From NCBI RefSeq assembly GCF_006345805.1, contig NW_021834288.1, positions 1 to 48,735 of the forward strand: a stretch of DNA of 48,735 bases, written 5' to 3'. The notes under the pieces were generated by a model. The model was not told the DNA's origin. It searched no databases and saw nothing but the letters and a program-made list of their open reading frames with translations. Below are positions 11,333-23,787 of the stretch, piece after piece; position 1 is the stretch's first letter; every line of letters starts with the position of its first letter. This DNA is from Octopus sinensis (Eukaryota). Position numbers and translations under genes: made by a program.

Positions 11333-14300
11333 ATGGCAAATCTTAGAATCGGTTGCTTGAATGTGAGAGGCCTCGGGTCACCTTGGAAACGGGTCACCTT
11401 TTAAACGACCTGAGGTTTCATGATGTGGATGTAGCAGCCATCAGTGAAACCAGGCTCTCCGACCCGCAGGAACTCGCAGCCCTTTTCGGCGGATACGAGA
11501 TATTTCTATCTCCGTGTCGGCCGGGAGCGGGCGGTGGTGGTACTGCGGTGTTGTTTCGGAAGGGCCTGGACCTGAAAATAAGGACAGTCTTCTTGGATCC
11601 GGAAGGTAAGTTGGTGGTCCTCGACGTCGACGGTAGTGACGGCGGTGCTTTCAGACTGCTGGCTGCCTACGCTCCGACAGGAGCAGGGCAGTCGGATTAT
11701 TTCAAACGTCTGGAAGTTTTCCTGGGAACGTCACGCACTCTAGTACTAGTTGGGGATTGGAACGCTGTCTTAGACGAACGTTTCGATCGGGTGGGCAGGG
11801 GAGCGTCTAATAGGAGAGGGGGAGGGTGCAAGAGCCTCGCCAACCTACTCGGCCGCTTTCAGCTGTCCGACAGTTTCGACTAGACAACCCGAATGTGCCA
11901 ATGTGGACTTGGACAAACCGCATCGGGTCGTCTAGATCGTACTTAGATAGAGTGTTTTGTAGGCCAGCGGATAAGGACAGCGTAGGGTGTCCACAATTCC
12001 ACCTAGTCGAATATACGGACCACAAATTAGTGATCTGTACGGTCGACTTAGATAGGCTACATAGAGGGACCGGCTACTGGAAGCTGAACGCGTCGTTAAC
12101 GGCGTGCAAAGCTTACAGAGACCGGATTAGTTTACTAGTTAAGCGGGCGCTCACGGGGGCAATCATCAACAACAACTGGTGGTTTGCCCTCAAGAGAGCA
12201 ATTAGAGTAGAGTCGATTAGGTATAGTAAGACTCTAGCTATTGAACGTAGGAAGAGAGAGCGGGATTTAGTTAAGAAACTAGACGAGGCTCTTGACACTG
12301 GCATCGCGACCGACGTGTTGGCGGCAAGGTTGGCCCTCGACCAACACTTCGACGCCAAACACGAAGGCTGCGTTGTCAGAGCTAAGGCACGTTCGCTAAG
12401 CGGGGAGGGGACTAGAGCCGCTCGATGGGCCCGCGTGGCGGAGGCGAAGCGAGGCAACAGAGCAACCATTCGGTCTTTGGTGGACCAGAACGGGCGCGAG
12501 GTTACCCAACCGAAGCAGATGTGTACGGTGCTTCAGCGGCACTTTGCTCAACTGTTTGGGACGAGCGGTGGAACGGACACCAACGGTGCAGACTTCGGTG
12601 TGTACCTGGACGGACTGCCGCAACTCTCGGACAGCGAGGCAGAGTGCTGCGAAGGACCGATATCTGCCTGGGAAGTACAGGAAGCGATGAAGAGTTGCAC
12701 GAGAGGTAGATCGCCGGGTTTGGATGGTCTGCCCTACGAGCTTTACTTTTCAATGCCAGACTTGTTTGCGGACCGTTGGCAAACGTCTACTGCAACTGGC
12801 AGCAAAACGGGAGAATTCCTGCTTTTGTCTGTCGAGGGGTGGTGGCTTTGCTAAAGAAGGACCCAAACAGGGGGACGTTATAGGGAATTTCCGGCCCATC
12901 ACTCTGCTCAATGCAGAGTTGAAGATTTTGGCCAAGGTGCTAGCCAAGAGATTGGCGCTTGTCGTGGACAAGCTGGTCGGCGAGACGCAGACATGCGCCG
13001 TGCCGACCAGGTCGATACACGACAACCTCCATCTCATGCGCTACATCATAGATAGAGTGGGTGGTAACGACTTGGGCTTTGATCAACTTGGATCAGAGTA
13101 AAGCCTTCGATAGGGTCGACCATCGGTACCTGGGAGCTGTCCTCAGGGCAGCCGGCTTCGGTCCAGTCTTCCGCGGGTGGATCGCTGCTTTATACAGCAA
13201 CATCTGCTCAGTGATACGGGGTGAACGGTCACCTTTCGGAACCGTTCGACATCTCGCGTTCGGTCCGCCAAGGATGCCCTCTCTCCTCCCTCTTGTACAT
13301 TTTGACTCTCGAGCCATTACTGCGCAAGTTGGAGGCTTTGAGGGGTATCCCGCGCGATCTAGGAGGCGGAAACAGCGTGTCTGCTTATGCCGACGACGTC
13401 ACCGTGGTGGTGTCGAGCCACAGGCACATTGGCCTGATTGGCGAGACGCTAAACCAGTACGAAGCGGTGACAGGGGCAAAGATTAACGCGGAAAAGTCTG
13501 TGGGCTTGCAACTGGGCACCTGGAGAGGCAAGCCCATGCCGTCCAACAGCGTCGTAGGGCGCTGGACAGACGGACCCGTTAAACTGCTCGGGGTCTGTGT
13601 TCGGTCCGGACCTCCAGGTGGATAAGAACTGGGAAGAGGTGACGAGCAGGGTGGCACGTCTCACCCAGAAATGGGCCGAGAGGAAGCTGTCCCTGAAAGG
13701 TCGAGCGGAGGTGGCGAATGCGTACATCGCATCCGTCATCTATACCGCTTGACCGTCGTCCCTTGTCCCGACCGCTGGTTGGCCAAGCTGGTACGTCTGC
13801 TCTTCGACTTTTTGTGGAAGGGTCAGGTGCCACTGGTCAGGCGATCCATCTGCTGTCAACGACCGCTGAACGGAGGCCTTGGAATGCCGTGGTTGCTGTT
13901 GCGCAGACATGCGCTCAGGCTGCGGCATCTCAAGCGCTTCCTAGACGGTGAACAGGTGTGGTCATCTTTTGTCAGACGCGATTTTCCGCAGCTCGTCTCT
14001 TTGACGGAACTGCAGACCTGGATCAAACGTAGACCGAGAAAGGGCGCTTGGCACCTCGAGTGCCGTCAAGCCCTCTCCGCCCTCCGCCAGGCGGGCAATG
14101 CGGTCGGTTACAGCTCCACTCTAGCGTTCTATAGAGGGTTAGTGGAGGAAAAATGCGACGACGTTCTCGGGGAAACTCTAGGCGTTGAAGATGACGAACT
14201 GTGCGGTCTGTTCGGGAGGACTTTCGGGCCGGGGCCGATGGATAATTTCCAGAGGTCTCTCGCTTGGCAGTGCTACCGAGGGGCTCTGCCTGTTCGAGAT

Positions 14301-14753
14301 AAACTCTACCGGCACGGAAGTGCCGTCAGCCGGGCCTGCCCGAGGTGTTGCCAGGACGACGAAACCGTTCTGCACGCACTCGTTCAGTGCCCGAGTATTG
14401 CTGAAATATGGGTTTATGTCGAACAGCTACTGTCACGTGTAGGACGGATCCGACTATCGGCCGAATCCATAGTGAAGATTGCCCCGCCGACCTCCTTTAA
14501 CAAGGAGGGCGAGGCCGTTTTCTTGTGCCTAGTGGCTGTGGCGAAAGAGGTCGTGTGGTGGACTCGTTTGAAAGGGCTAAAGGACAGACACTTTCCTCTT
14601 TGGTCAAGGCCTCATCAACTTTTTCAAGTTTCACTTGAAAAGGAAGATGAGGTTAGAGAGGAAAGTGCTGTCCGATAGCAAGTTTTATGAAAGGTGGGTG
14701 AATTGTGCGAGACTGGCCTGATAAATGGACCAGTTCTCAGGTTTCGCCTGTGA
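11333..14753 (+). pseudogene. Tx1 ORF2 (AP endonuclease + reverse transcriptase + CCHC), about 10 frameshifts in this sequence
   Basis: ATG 11333 MANLRIGCLNVRGL; ISET, AAYAP, LVGDWN, SYLDRVF, TDHK (APE); GYWKLNASL; SPGLDGLPYE, FRPITLLNAELKILAKVLAKRL, DQSKAFDRVDH, SVRQGCPLS, YADDVT (RT); CPRCCQDDETVLHALVQC (CX2CX8HX4C). Confidence 0.93.
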
Positions 14754-15030
14754 TTTCAAAGAAAAAGGTAATGAAAAAGGAGAAGAAAGGGGACTCTCTA
14801 CACCCCCTTTTTTTGACCACGCTCCCGTTGGCTTTTGTAGGGTTTTTTCCACCAGGAACCTTTCGAAACGTCTCCCCCTTTTGGGAGTTTTTCATTGTTG
14901 AATTTTATAAGTTGTTATAAAGATTTTTACTCGATGTTTTTAAAAAACGGCAAAACCCTTTGTAACCTTTCGTCCTGTCTTGTCCCTTTATGTAATCATG
15001 CGTGTCAGCCCTTGTGGCCAATAAAAAAGA

Positions 15031-15167
15031 ATTGATTATTATTATTATTATTGTTGTTCTTATTACTATTATTATTATATTATTATTATCATTATTATTA
15101 TTAATTATTATTATTTTTATCATTTTTATCATTATTATTATTATTATTATTGTTATTGCTATTATTA

Positions 15168-15241
<74 letters not shown>

Positions 15242-15242
15242 T
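15031..15242. repeat. (ATT)n microsatellite immediately 3' of the Tx1 LINE
   Basis: Direct inspection. Confidence 0.97.
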
Positions 15243-15463
15243 TGTTCTGTGTGTAAATTTCATTTTCGTAACGAGGAATTTTGGAACATACAAAATCTCC
15301 AGCTGCTGCTTTCTTGGAATTCAATTGTGGTTTCATATTTTAGACAAAGTCAATGACTTTCAGCCAACGTTTCAATGATCTTAACTCTTCTATTGTTTAT
15401 GAACTAAAATTTGTTTATCTAAGGCGGTGAGATGGCAGAATCGTTAGCATAACGGACTAAATA

Positions 15464-16448
15464 TTAGGTCGTCCGGAAAGTTCGTGCCGATTTATAGAAG
15501 CTTACCTTTCGATTTATTTTAGAACATGGTTGAGTCCATAGAATAGGATTTGACTACATCTCCATTTAGAGCACAGTTTAAGCTATCTTTTCGTGGAAGA
15601 AGGTTTATGTTTCTATAACCTGTGTTAATTCTGTAACCCTTTAAAATGGAAGATAAGAAAGTTCATTTTCGGCACTTGATGCTTTTCTTTTTCCGTAAAG
15701 GGAAAAATGCCTCACCAGCAACCAAAGAAATATGCTCAGTTTACGGTGATGTTTCTTTATCCGAAAGAACAGTACGGAAGTGGATCACAAGGTTCAGAGC
15801 AGGAGATTGTAGCCTTATTGACAAAGAGCGATCAGGCAGACCATCCACTACAAATGATGACCAAATCAAGTCATTAATTGAGAATAACCCACATTGCACA
15901 AACCGAGAATTGGCAGAAAGCCTCAATCTATTAAAATCCGTTGTTCATGAGCACCTGGTAAAGCTTGGGTACACAAATCGCTACGATGTTTGGGTACCAC
16001 ATGAATGAGTGAGAAGAACCTTTTGGATCGCATTTCCGTCTGTGATTCGCTTTATAAACGGAATGAAAACGCGCCTTTTTAAAAACAAATTGTGACAGGT
16101 GATGAGAAATGGATTATCTACCGAAATGTTCAGAGAAAGTGATCCTGGAGTAAGCGACATGAGACACCACAAAAGCGGATCTTCACCTTAAAAATGTCTT
16201 GCTTTGTGTCTGGTGGGTTTGGAAAGGAATTCTGTACTATGAGCTTCTCCCAAGTAATCAGACAATTAATTCTGAGAAATACTGGACACAACTGGACGAG
16301 TTAAAAGCAGCAATTCAAGAGAGACGTCCAGACTTGGCCAACAGGAAGGTTGTTATTTTCCAACATGATAATGCAAGACCGCATGTTTCTTTGGGAACCA
16401 GACAAAAATTGCTGCAGCTCGGCTGGGATGTGTTACCCCACCCTCCAT
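15464..16448 (+). mobile_element. Mariner transposon (mellifera-subfamily-like), 3'-truncated
   Basis: TA then TTAGGTCGTCCGGAAAGTTCGTGCCG left TIR, directly after a Nin-like SINE head (15421-15460). No right TIR found. Confidence 0.85.
15646..16448 (+). pseudogene. Mariner transposase pseudogene
   Basis: MEDKKVHFRHLMLFFFRKGKNA.., RSGRP, WVPHE, IVTGDEKWIIY, LCVWW, HDNARPH..LGWDVLPHPP. Has frameshifts and a stop, and ends before YSPD and the third catalytic D. Confidence 0.92.
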
Positions 16449-16483
16449 TTGGTTGATTAAAAATGTAATGGCAAGTATTTATT

Positions 16484-16559
16484 GAGCTTCTACTATAGCC
16501 TCAGGCCGACCAAAGCCATGTGAGTGGATTTGGTAGACGGAAACTGAAAGAAGCCCGTC

Positions 16560-16609
<50 letters not shown>

Positions 16610-16851
16610 CGTGTGTGTGTGTTTGTATGTCTGTGTTTGTCTCCCCAACATCGCTTGACAACCGACGTTGGTGTGTTTACGTCCCCGTAACTTAGCGGTT
16701 CAGCAAAAGAGAGGCCGATAAAATAAGTACTAGGCTTACAAAGAATAAGTCCTGGGGTCGATTTGCTCGACCAAAGGCGGTGCTCCAGCATGGCCACAGT
16801 CACATGACTGTAACAAGTAAATGATTAAAAGAGTAAAAGAGTATAGGCGTG
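16484..16851 (+). mobile_element. OK-like SINE (headless) showing 5' half + (TA)n(TG)n + 3' half
   Basis: tactatagcctcaggccgacc..gaagcccgtcg-(TA)n-(TG)n-ctccccaacatcgcttgacaacc..aagagtaaaagag. A second 5' half follows at about 16846-16995. Confidence 0.85.
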
Positions 16852-17230
16852 ACTGTGTGGTAAGTAGCTTGCTTACCTACCACATGGAGCTGGGGGTCGG
16901 TCCCATTGCATGGCACTTTGGGTACGTGTTTTCTACTACAGCCCCAAGCCAACCAAAGCCTTGTGAGTGGAAACTGGAAGAAGCCCTTCGTATATATATT
17001 CTTTCCTTTTCTTTTATTCTTTCACTTGTTTCAGTCATGTGACCGCTTGAACGCCACCTTGAAAGGTTTTAGTCAAATAAATCAACCCCAGGACATTTCT
17101 TAAGCCTAGTACTTATTCTATCGTTTTCTTTTGCTAATTCGCTAAGTTACGGGGATATAAACTCACCAACACAGGTTGTCAAGTGGCGATGAGTGGACTA
17201 ACATGGACACAAAGATACGAAAGACACACA

Positions 17231-17530
<300 letters not shown>

Positions 17531-18825
17531 AGGATGCGTCCCGATGGTCAGGCGATCCACTTGCTGTCAACACCCGTTAAAAGGAGGACTGGGCATGCCG
17601 TAGTTGATGCGCAGGCACGCGCTGAGACTGCGACATCTCAGGCTCTACGTAGACGACGGTGAACAGGTGTGGTCGCCGTTTGTGAGGCACGCTTTCCCGT
17701 AGCTCGTCTCCATGACCGAACTGCAGTCGTGGATCAAAAAGAGTGACTCCAACACAACCCAAGCATTCTATAGGGGATTAGTGGATGGGATGTACGACGA
17801 CGAGCTCGGGGCGAATCTGGACGTCGACGAGGAATACCTGACCCGCCTGTTCAGGACGACTTTCAGGCCAGGGCCCATGGACAACTTCCAGAGATCCCTG
17901 GCCTGGTAGTGCTACCGAGAAGCGCTACCCGTTCGGGATAAGCTCTACAGACACGGCTTGAGAAACACGGGGCCTTCTTGCCCGAGATGCGGTCAGAGCG
18001 ACGAAACCGTCCTGCACGTACTCGTGCAGTGTCCAACAATTTCCGACCTGTGGGCTTATGTCGAACAATTGCTGTCACGTGTGGGACGAGTCGGTTTATC
18101 AGCTGAGTCTATAGTCAATATTGTCACGCCTCCTTCCTTCAAACGGGAATGAAGAGCTATTTTCATCATCCTTGTGGCTATGGCGAAAGAATGTATCTGG
18201 TGGACGCGTCTGAAAGGATTGGAGACAAACACTTTCCTCTCTGGTCAATCTCTCATCAACTTCTTCAAGTACCACTTGAAAAGGAAAGTGAGAGTAGAGA
18301 GGCAAGTTTTGTCTAGCGAACGTTTGAAAAAAAGATGGGTGAATGTAGCAAGGATGGCACGTATGAATGACGAAGCCACCTTGAGCATAATCCTATGAAC
18401 CCAGAAATTGAAAACAGAGGGTTACCCACTTGCAAACAAATGTGGTAACATATAACAATGTTGACCAAGGTTACCGTGGTCTTTTTCGTAGGCTTCTCTT
18501 CCCACGGATAAACCTTCCTTGCTTTCCCCTTTACACCATACATCATGACACTGTGATACACGATCCCTATTGATCGTTTTTTTCCTCTTCCCCTTTTTTC
18601 CTCTTTTTTCTTCTTTTTTCATTTTTCTTTTCTTTTGTTCCTTTTCCCTTTTTTCTTTTTTTTTCTTTTCCTTTTTTTTCTTTTTCTTTTTTTTTGTTCT
18701 TTTTTCCCTTTTACGATCCCTTTTGATCGAAAACCTACGCCACCTTTTTTTTCTCCCCCAAAAGAAAAGCTCTACCTTGTAACTTGTCCCATCTGTGTGC
18801 AGCCCTGTGTGGCTAATAAAGAAAC
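17531..18825 (+). mobile_element. 5'-truncated Tx1-like LINE (copy 2, different subfamily)
   Basis: Aligns by eye to about 13820-14750 of copy 1 (GPMDNFQRSLAW, CPRCGQSDETVLHVLVQC, WWTRLKG..IIL* at 18398). Has in-frame stops and internal deletions. Ends cagccctgtgtggctAATAAAgaaa. Confidence 0.92.
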
Positions 18826-18844
18826 TTATCTATCTATCTATCTA

Positions 18845-18932
<88 letters not shown>

Positions 18933-18946
18933 AATCTATCTATCTA

Positions 18947-19022
<76 letters not shown>

Positions 19023-19109
19023 CTATCTACCTACCTACCTACCTACCTATCTATCTATCATCTATCTATCTATCTATCTACCTACCTACCTACCTACCTA
19101 CCTACCTAC

Positions 19110-19146
<37 letters not shown>

Positions 19147-19172
19147 ATCTATCTATCTATCTACCTACCTAC

Positions 19173-19232
<60 letters not shown>
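18826..19232. repeat. (TATC)/(TGTC)/(TACC)n microsatellite 3' of Tx1 copy 2
   Basis: Direct inspection. Confidence 0.95.
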
Positions 19233-19394
19233 ACACACGACGGGCTTCTTCCAGTTTCCGTCTACAAAATCCACTAACAAGGCTTTTGGCCGGCCCGAGG
19301 CTATAGCAGAGGATACTTGCCCAAGCTGCCTTGCAGTGGGACTGAACCTGGAACCTTGCGGTTGAGAAGCAAGCTTCTTACCACACAGCCACGC

Positions 19395-19437
<43 letters not shown>

Positions 19438-19714
19438 ACAACCACTTGAGAACCAGCGTTAGCGTATTTGTGTCCTCGAAAGCTAGCGGTTCGGCCAAAG
19501 GGACCGATAGAATAAGAACCAGGCTTAAAAATGTAAGTTCTGGGGTCGATTCGCTCAAGTAAAACCCTTCATGGCTGCAGTGAACTGACAGAAGCTAGTG
19601 AAAGAATAAAAGAAAAGGCAGAGAAGACATTGTAAGCTTAATAAAACGGAATGGAAGGTATTATGTTGAAAGGCAGAAAGGACGGGAACAGAAGAGTAAG
19701 AAATAATTATAATA

Positions 19715-20109
19715 CTAGCAGTATCGCCCGGCGTTGCTCGGGTTTGTTTCGACCCTTTAGAATTGAAATTTTTGAAAAGTAAAAATTTTGCATTATGTAG
19801 CTTGTTATACTCTTTAAGTGAACATTTTTCTGGTTGAAATACACCGAAAAATGGCGACACAGCAGTCAAAAAATCGTAAAAAATAGGGATTTTCATAGAA
19901 AAAAAAAAGCACCTCTTTGATGTAAATAATTTTTGGTGTTAAAATCGTCCGATTTGAATTTTTTTTCTTCTACGGAAAGAAGAGCAAGCCTTCTTCTATC
20001 ACACTTTCAATTTTGGTCAACTTGCGTCGCAGGGTCTCGGAGGAGATAGTGTTAGTTGAAGGCTACCAAACCTGCCATACACAGACAACTTCAACTTTAT
20101 ATATATAGA
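19715..20109 (-). mobile_element. Non-autonomous Helitron
   Basis: Minus strand A|TCTATATATATAAAGTTG ... acaaacccgagcaacgccgggcgatactgCTAG|T. Same termini as 3733-4133 but a different interior. Confidence 0.8.
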
Positions 20110-20781
20110 TTTACAGCACGTAGAGAAAGGAGAGTTGAGTGTATAACGTAGAAAGAGCTACGTATATGAATTTGTCCTGTAAGATTCCTCATGTGAAATC
20201 GTATGTTGAAATATATTGTTATATTTGGCGATGGTCTTATCTTTCGTTGTCAACCAATTAGCCACACGTTTTATGTACTTTGAGATTTCATGTCAGCTTT
20301 AACAAAACCGTAAGGAATTCTTTCGGTAGAATGCCAACGGTAGTTTTAATTAGTCGACTCGTATTTATATCTTCTAGAACATTGTCATTTTATAAGATTT
20401 CGCTGGTAAATTTTTAAATTAACATAAGCATTTATTTACATGAAAGAAAATTACTGGAGAACTTCCATCTAATTCTTCCAAATCATTCTGTTAAAACTCT
20501 ATTGAAACCATTTGTGGGGAACTTTTTTTTTAATCACGGCAACTCGACACACACCACAAGGTTTAACTTGGTCTTCATTTTAGCTTTATTATTATTATTT
20601 TTATTTTAGTATCTTTTGAATGAAACCTTTCGTCACACATTCTGTGACCCCTTCAGCAATTTTCCATCTTACGCGTCTCCTTCTGTTTTGTTTAATCCAT
20701 TCTGTCTTTCTGTGGTGTGTATCCTTATCTGCGTATGCGTTTGCGTCTATATTTGCATGTGTGTGTGTGTGTGTGTGTGTG

Positions 20782-20843
<62 letters not shown>

Positions 20844-21270
20844 TTGTGTGCGTGGGTCGAGAGAAAGAGCTGATGAAATCCAAGAGAGATGGAAAAGTTT
20901 GCAGAAACTAAAGGCGATCCAATGTTGCAAGACATACAGGAATGGTTTAACGATCGGTTCGACGGAAGCACTTGCTGCTGCATAGCGGAAATACGATGAA
21001 GAAAGGGAGTTGTGGATGTAACGGAGATTGTTACAGAATCGGAGAGCGAAGTCAGGGGAAATAATAGACAATGTGTTCAAATGTGTGTGTTAAATGAATA
21101 TGCATATGCCTCGGCGCGCTCGAGTGTGTGTTCATGTGTGCTTGTGCGTTCGTGTGGGTGGGTATGAGCAGTCGGTAGTCAGCCAAGCAAGCATTGGGAA
21201 GTAGAGTGTGGGTGAGTTGAGAGTGATCCATCTGTCCTTCTATCTAACAAACAATTTTTCTATTTCGAAA

Positions 21271-21317
<47 letters not shown>

Positions 21318-21594
21318 TTCTGTCTATCTATATCTACACAAACATGTATGTATATGATGTATATGTGAGTGTGTATTTCTGTATCTGTGTGTATGTGTGT
21401 GTGTATTTCATGTTCAGTTAATCGAAGGAAAGAAAATAGCGAATTAAAGTTAATAATTATTCATTATTAAAAAACTGGTAATCTTGCTTGCACGAACGAA
21501 TAGGTCGGTATATAATATCTTAATGTTTATCTTTTTCTTTGATGGAATTATGCTCATAATCTATAAATGCAAATTTAAAGCATAAATTTGTAAT

Positions 21595-21866
21595 TTACCT
21601 ATTGAGCTTGAATGTTGTTTGTTCCTTCTCGAGCCATCCCTGGCTCATAAGGGCCGGTTTCCTGGTTTCCTTGGCGTATAGGTTCCCCACCTGGACGGGA
21701 CGTCGGTCCGTCGCAGGTGAGCTGCAAAATACAGGAGGAAAGAGTGAGAGAAAGTTGTGGCGAAAGAGTCAGCAGAAGCTCGCCATTACCTTCTGTCGGA
21801 GCCGCGTGGAGCTTAGGTGTTTCGCTCATAAACACACACATCGCCCGGTCTGAGATTCGAACCCTT
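21595..21866 (-). mobile_element. OR-like SINE, head truncated, Meta/V-like 3' domain
   Basis: Minus cagaccgggcgatgtgtgtgtttatgagcgaaacacctaagctcc..cctgcgacggaccgacgtcccgtccagg..gaaaccaggaaaccggccc. Homologous to 3016-3320. Confidence 0.8.
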
Positions 21867-22002
21867 GATACCCCGGATGGCTGTAGGGAGTAAAGATTAC
21901 CAACTTTTTAATAATAAATAGTTATTAACTTTTAACTCTCCAGTTTCTTTCCTTGAATTAACTGAACATGAATTATATGCTTAATATATACCTAGTGATT
22001 GT

Positions 22003-22150
22003 CTTTACGTTCTAAGTTCAAATTCCGCCAAGGTCGACATTACCTTTCATCTTTTCGGGGTCGATAAATTAAGTATCAGTTGCGTACTCGGGTCGATCTA
22101 ATCGACTGTCCCCCTCCCCCAAAATTTCGGCCCTTGTGCCTAGAATAGAA
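22003..22150 (+). mobile_element. Nin-like SINE body and tail
   Basis: acgttctaagttcaaattccgccaaggtcgac..ggggtcgataaattaagta..ccccaaaatttcggcccttgtgcctag. Confidence 0.85.
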
Positions 22151-22389
22151 AAAAATGTATACCAATTGATTTAAGGAAATTTCATTTCCCCCCAAAACTT
22201 CGTATAGAACCAATGTTTCCTTGGATGTAACCACCCCTTTATGAGGTTAACATATCCTCTAAGCAACTTTAATATATATATATATATATATATATAAATC
22301 CCAAAAAGAACAAACACAAAAAAGCACAGCGATGTGGTACATGTAATGCATTAGCAGACGCTCTGGGAAGGAAAGAATGATGGTTTAAC

Positions 22390-22425
22390 GTTTAACGTTT
22401 CAAGCAGACGCTCTTCTTCGGAAAC
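22390..22425 (-). ncRNA. Minimal type I hammerhead motif (C at core position 4) in a Penelope-like terminal fragment (about 22310-22470)
   Basis: Minus: GTTT-CCGAAGA-A-GAGC(GTCT)GCTT-GAA-AC-GT-T-AAAC. Stem I GTTT/AAAC, palindromic stem III AACGTT, putative cleavage after GUU. Confidence 0.6.
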
Positions 22426-22834
22426 AGAAGAAAGTCCAATAGAAGGGAAGACGGAGGAAGAAAATCGCTTATGATTCACATGTGGTTACATTTTAAAATA
22501 TGTGCGTATGTGTGTCTGTTTGTCTGTGCGTGTGTGTCTGTGTGTCTGAGTATAAAACCTTTTATAAAACTGTGCATCATTAGAGAACTTTTGAAGTCTG
22601 CTTACAATCTAACTTTGCTTTTTATAGAACTCTCTTCGATACTTCATGAGTGTAGCCTCACCCCCTAGGATGTTTGGAAAACTCATATGTGTTTTGGCTG
22701 ATGAATACGGGACACTTATATTTGCTGCAATATTTTCAGCTTTTAATAAAGCTGTTCTTCGTATGAAACAATTGTACTGAACAACTAATCCATTCTTGTT
22801 GCTTTTTTCTTGTATATATATATATATATATATA

Positions 22835-23160
22835 TATATGAATAAATGAAAGAATGGAGTCGAACGAAGATGTTAACAAAATTCCTTTACTCTCGACATA
22901 TGTTTCGAAGACAACATGGTTTCATTCCAAAGGAATAAAGGGCGCATTATGCAATCTTCTCATCAGGAAAGAAAGGGAGCCTCTCTCGACAACAAGACAA
23001 ACAAAAATTTCGATGACTGCCTACATAGTAAACAAAACGATTGCATAATGCACCCTTTATTCCTTTGGAATGAAACCATGTTGTCTTCGAAACATATGTC
23101 GAGAGTAAAGGAATTTTGTTAACATCTTCGTTCGACTCCATTCTTTCATTTATTCATATA
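22835..23160. repeat. Inverted duplication: 122-bp arms (1 mismatch) with an 82-bp spacer
   Basis: 22835-22956 is the reverse complement of 23039-23160. The ORF track shows identical 34-aa starts on both strands. Confidence 0.97.
22890..22971 (-). ncRNA. Type I hammerhead ribozyme with intact core
   Basis: Minus: CTTTC-CTGATGA-GAAGATTGCAT..TTTATTCC(TTT)GGAATGAA..ATGTTGTCTTC-GAA-ACAT-ATGT-C|GAGAG. Stem I CTTTC/GAGAG, long stem II, palindromic stem III ACATATGT, GUC cleavage between 22895 and 22894. Confidence 0.8.
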
Positions 23161-23303
23161 CAACACACACATTTCTGCACATGAACCCGGAGTTTCTACC
23201 CTTGGACAGGTCGCTTCAACCGTGTTTCTGACGTGAATTTGCTACCTAGATTTCGGTTCAACGAATTTTCCATGCTGACGATAAACATAGGATAATTCAT
23301 TCA

Positions 23304-23787
<484 letters not shown>

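Larger units (their letters stand above)
9201..15030 (+). mobile_element. Apparently full-length Tx1-clade (L1-like) non-LTR retrotransposon
   Basis: 5' UTR, ORF1 with CCHC knuckle, pyrimidine spacer (11294-11332), ORF2 (APE-RT-CCHC), 3' UTR ending gcccttgtggccAATAAAaaaga. (ATT)n on both sides. Confidence 0.93.

Noticed and set aside
20860-21000. CTGATGA..GGAAA motif and short frames (ADEIQERWKSL; MEKFAETKGDPMLQDIQEWF..)
   Set aside because: No stem I or III for a ribozyme. The frames are short, lack splice signals and have no recognisable homology.
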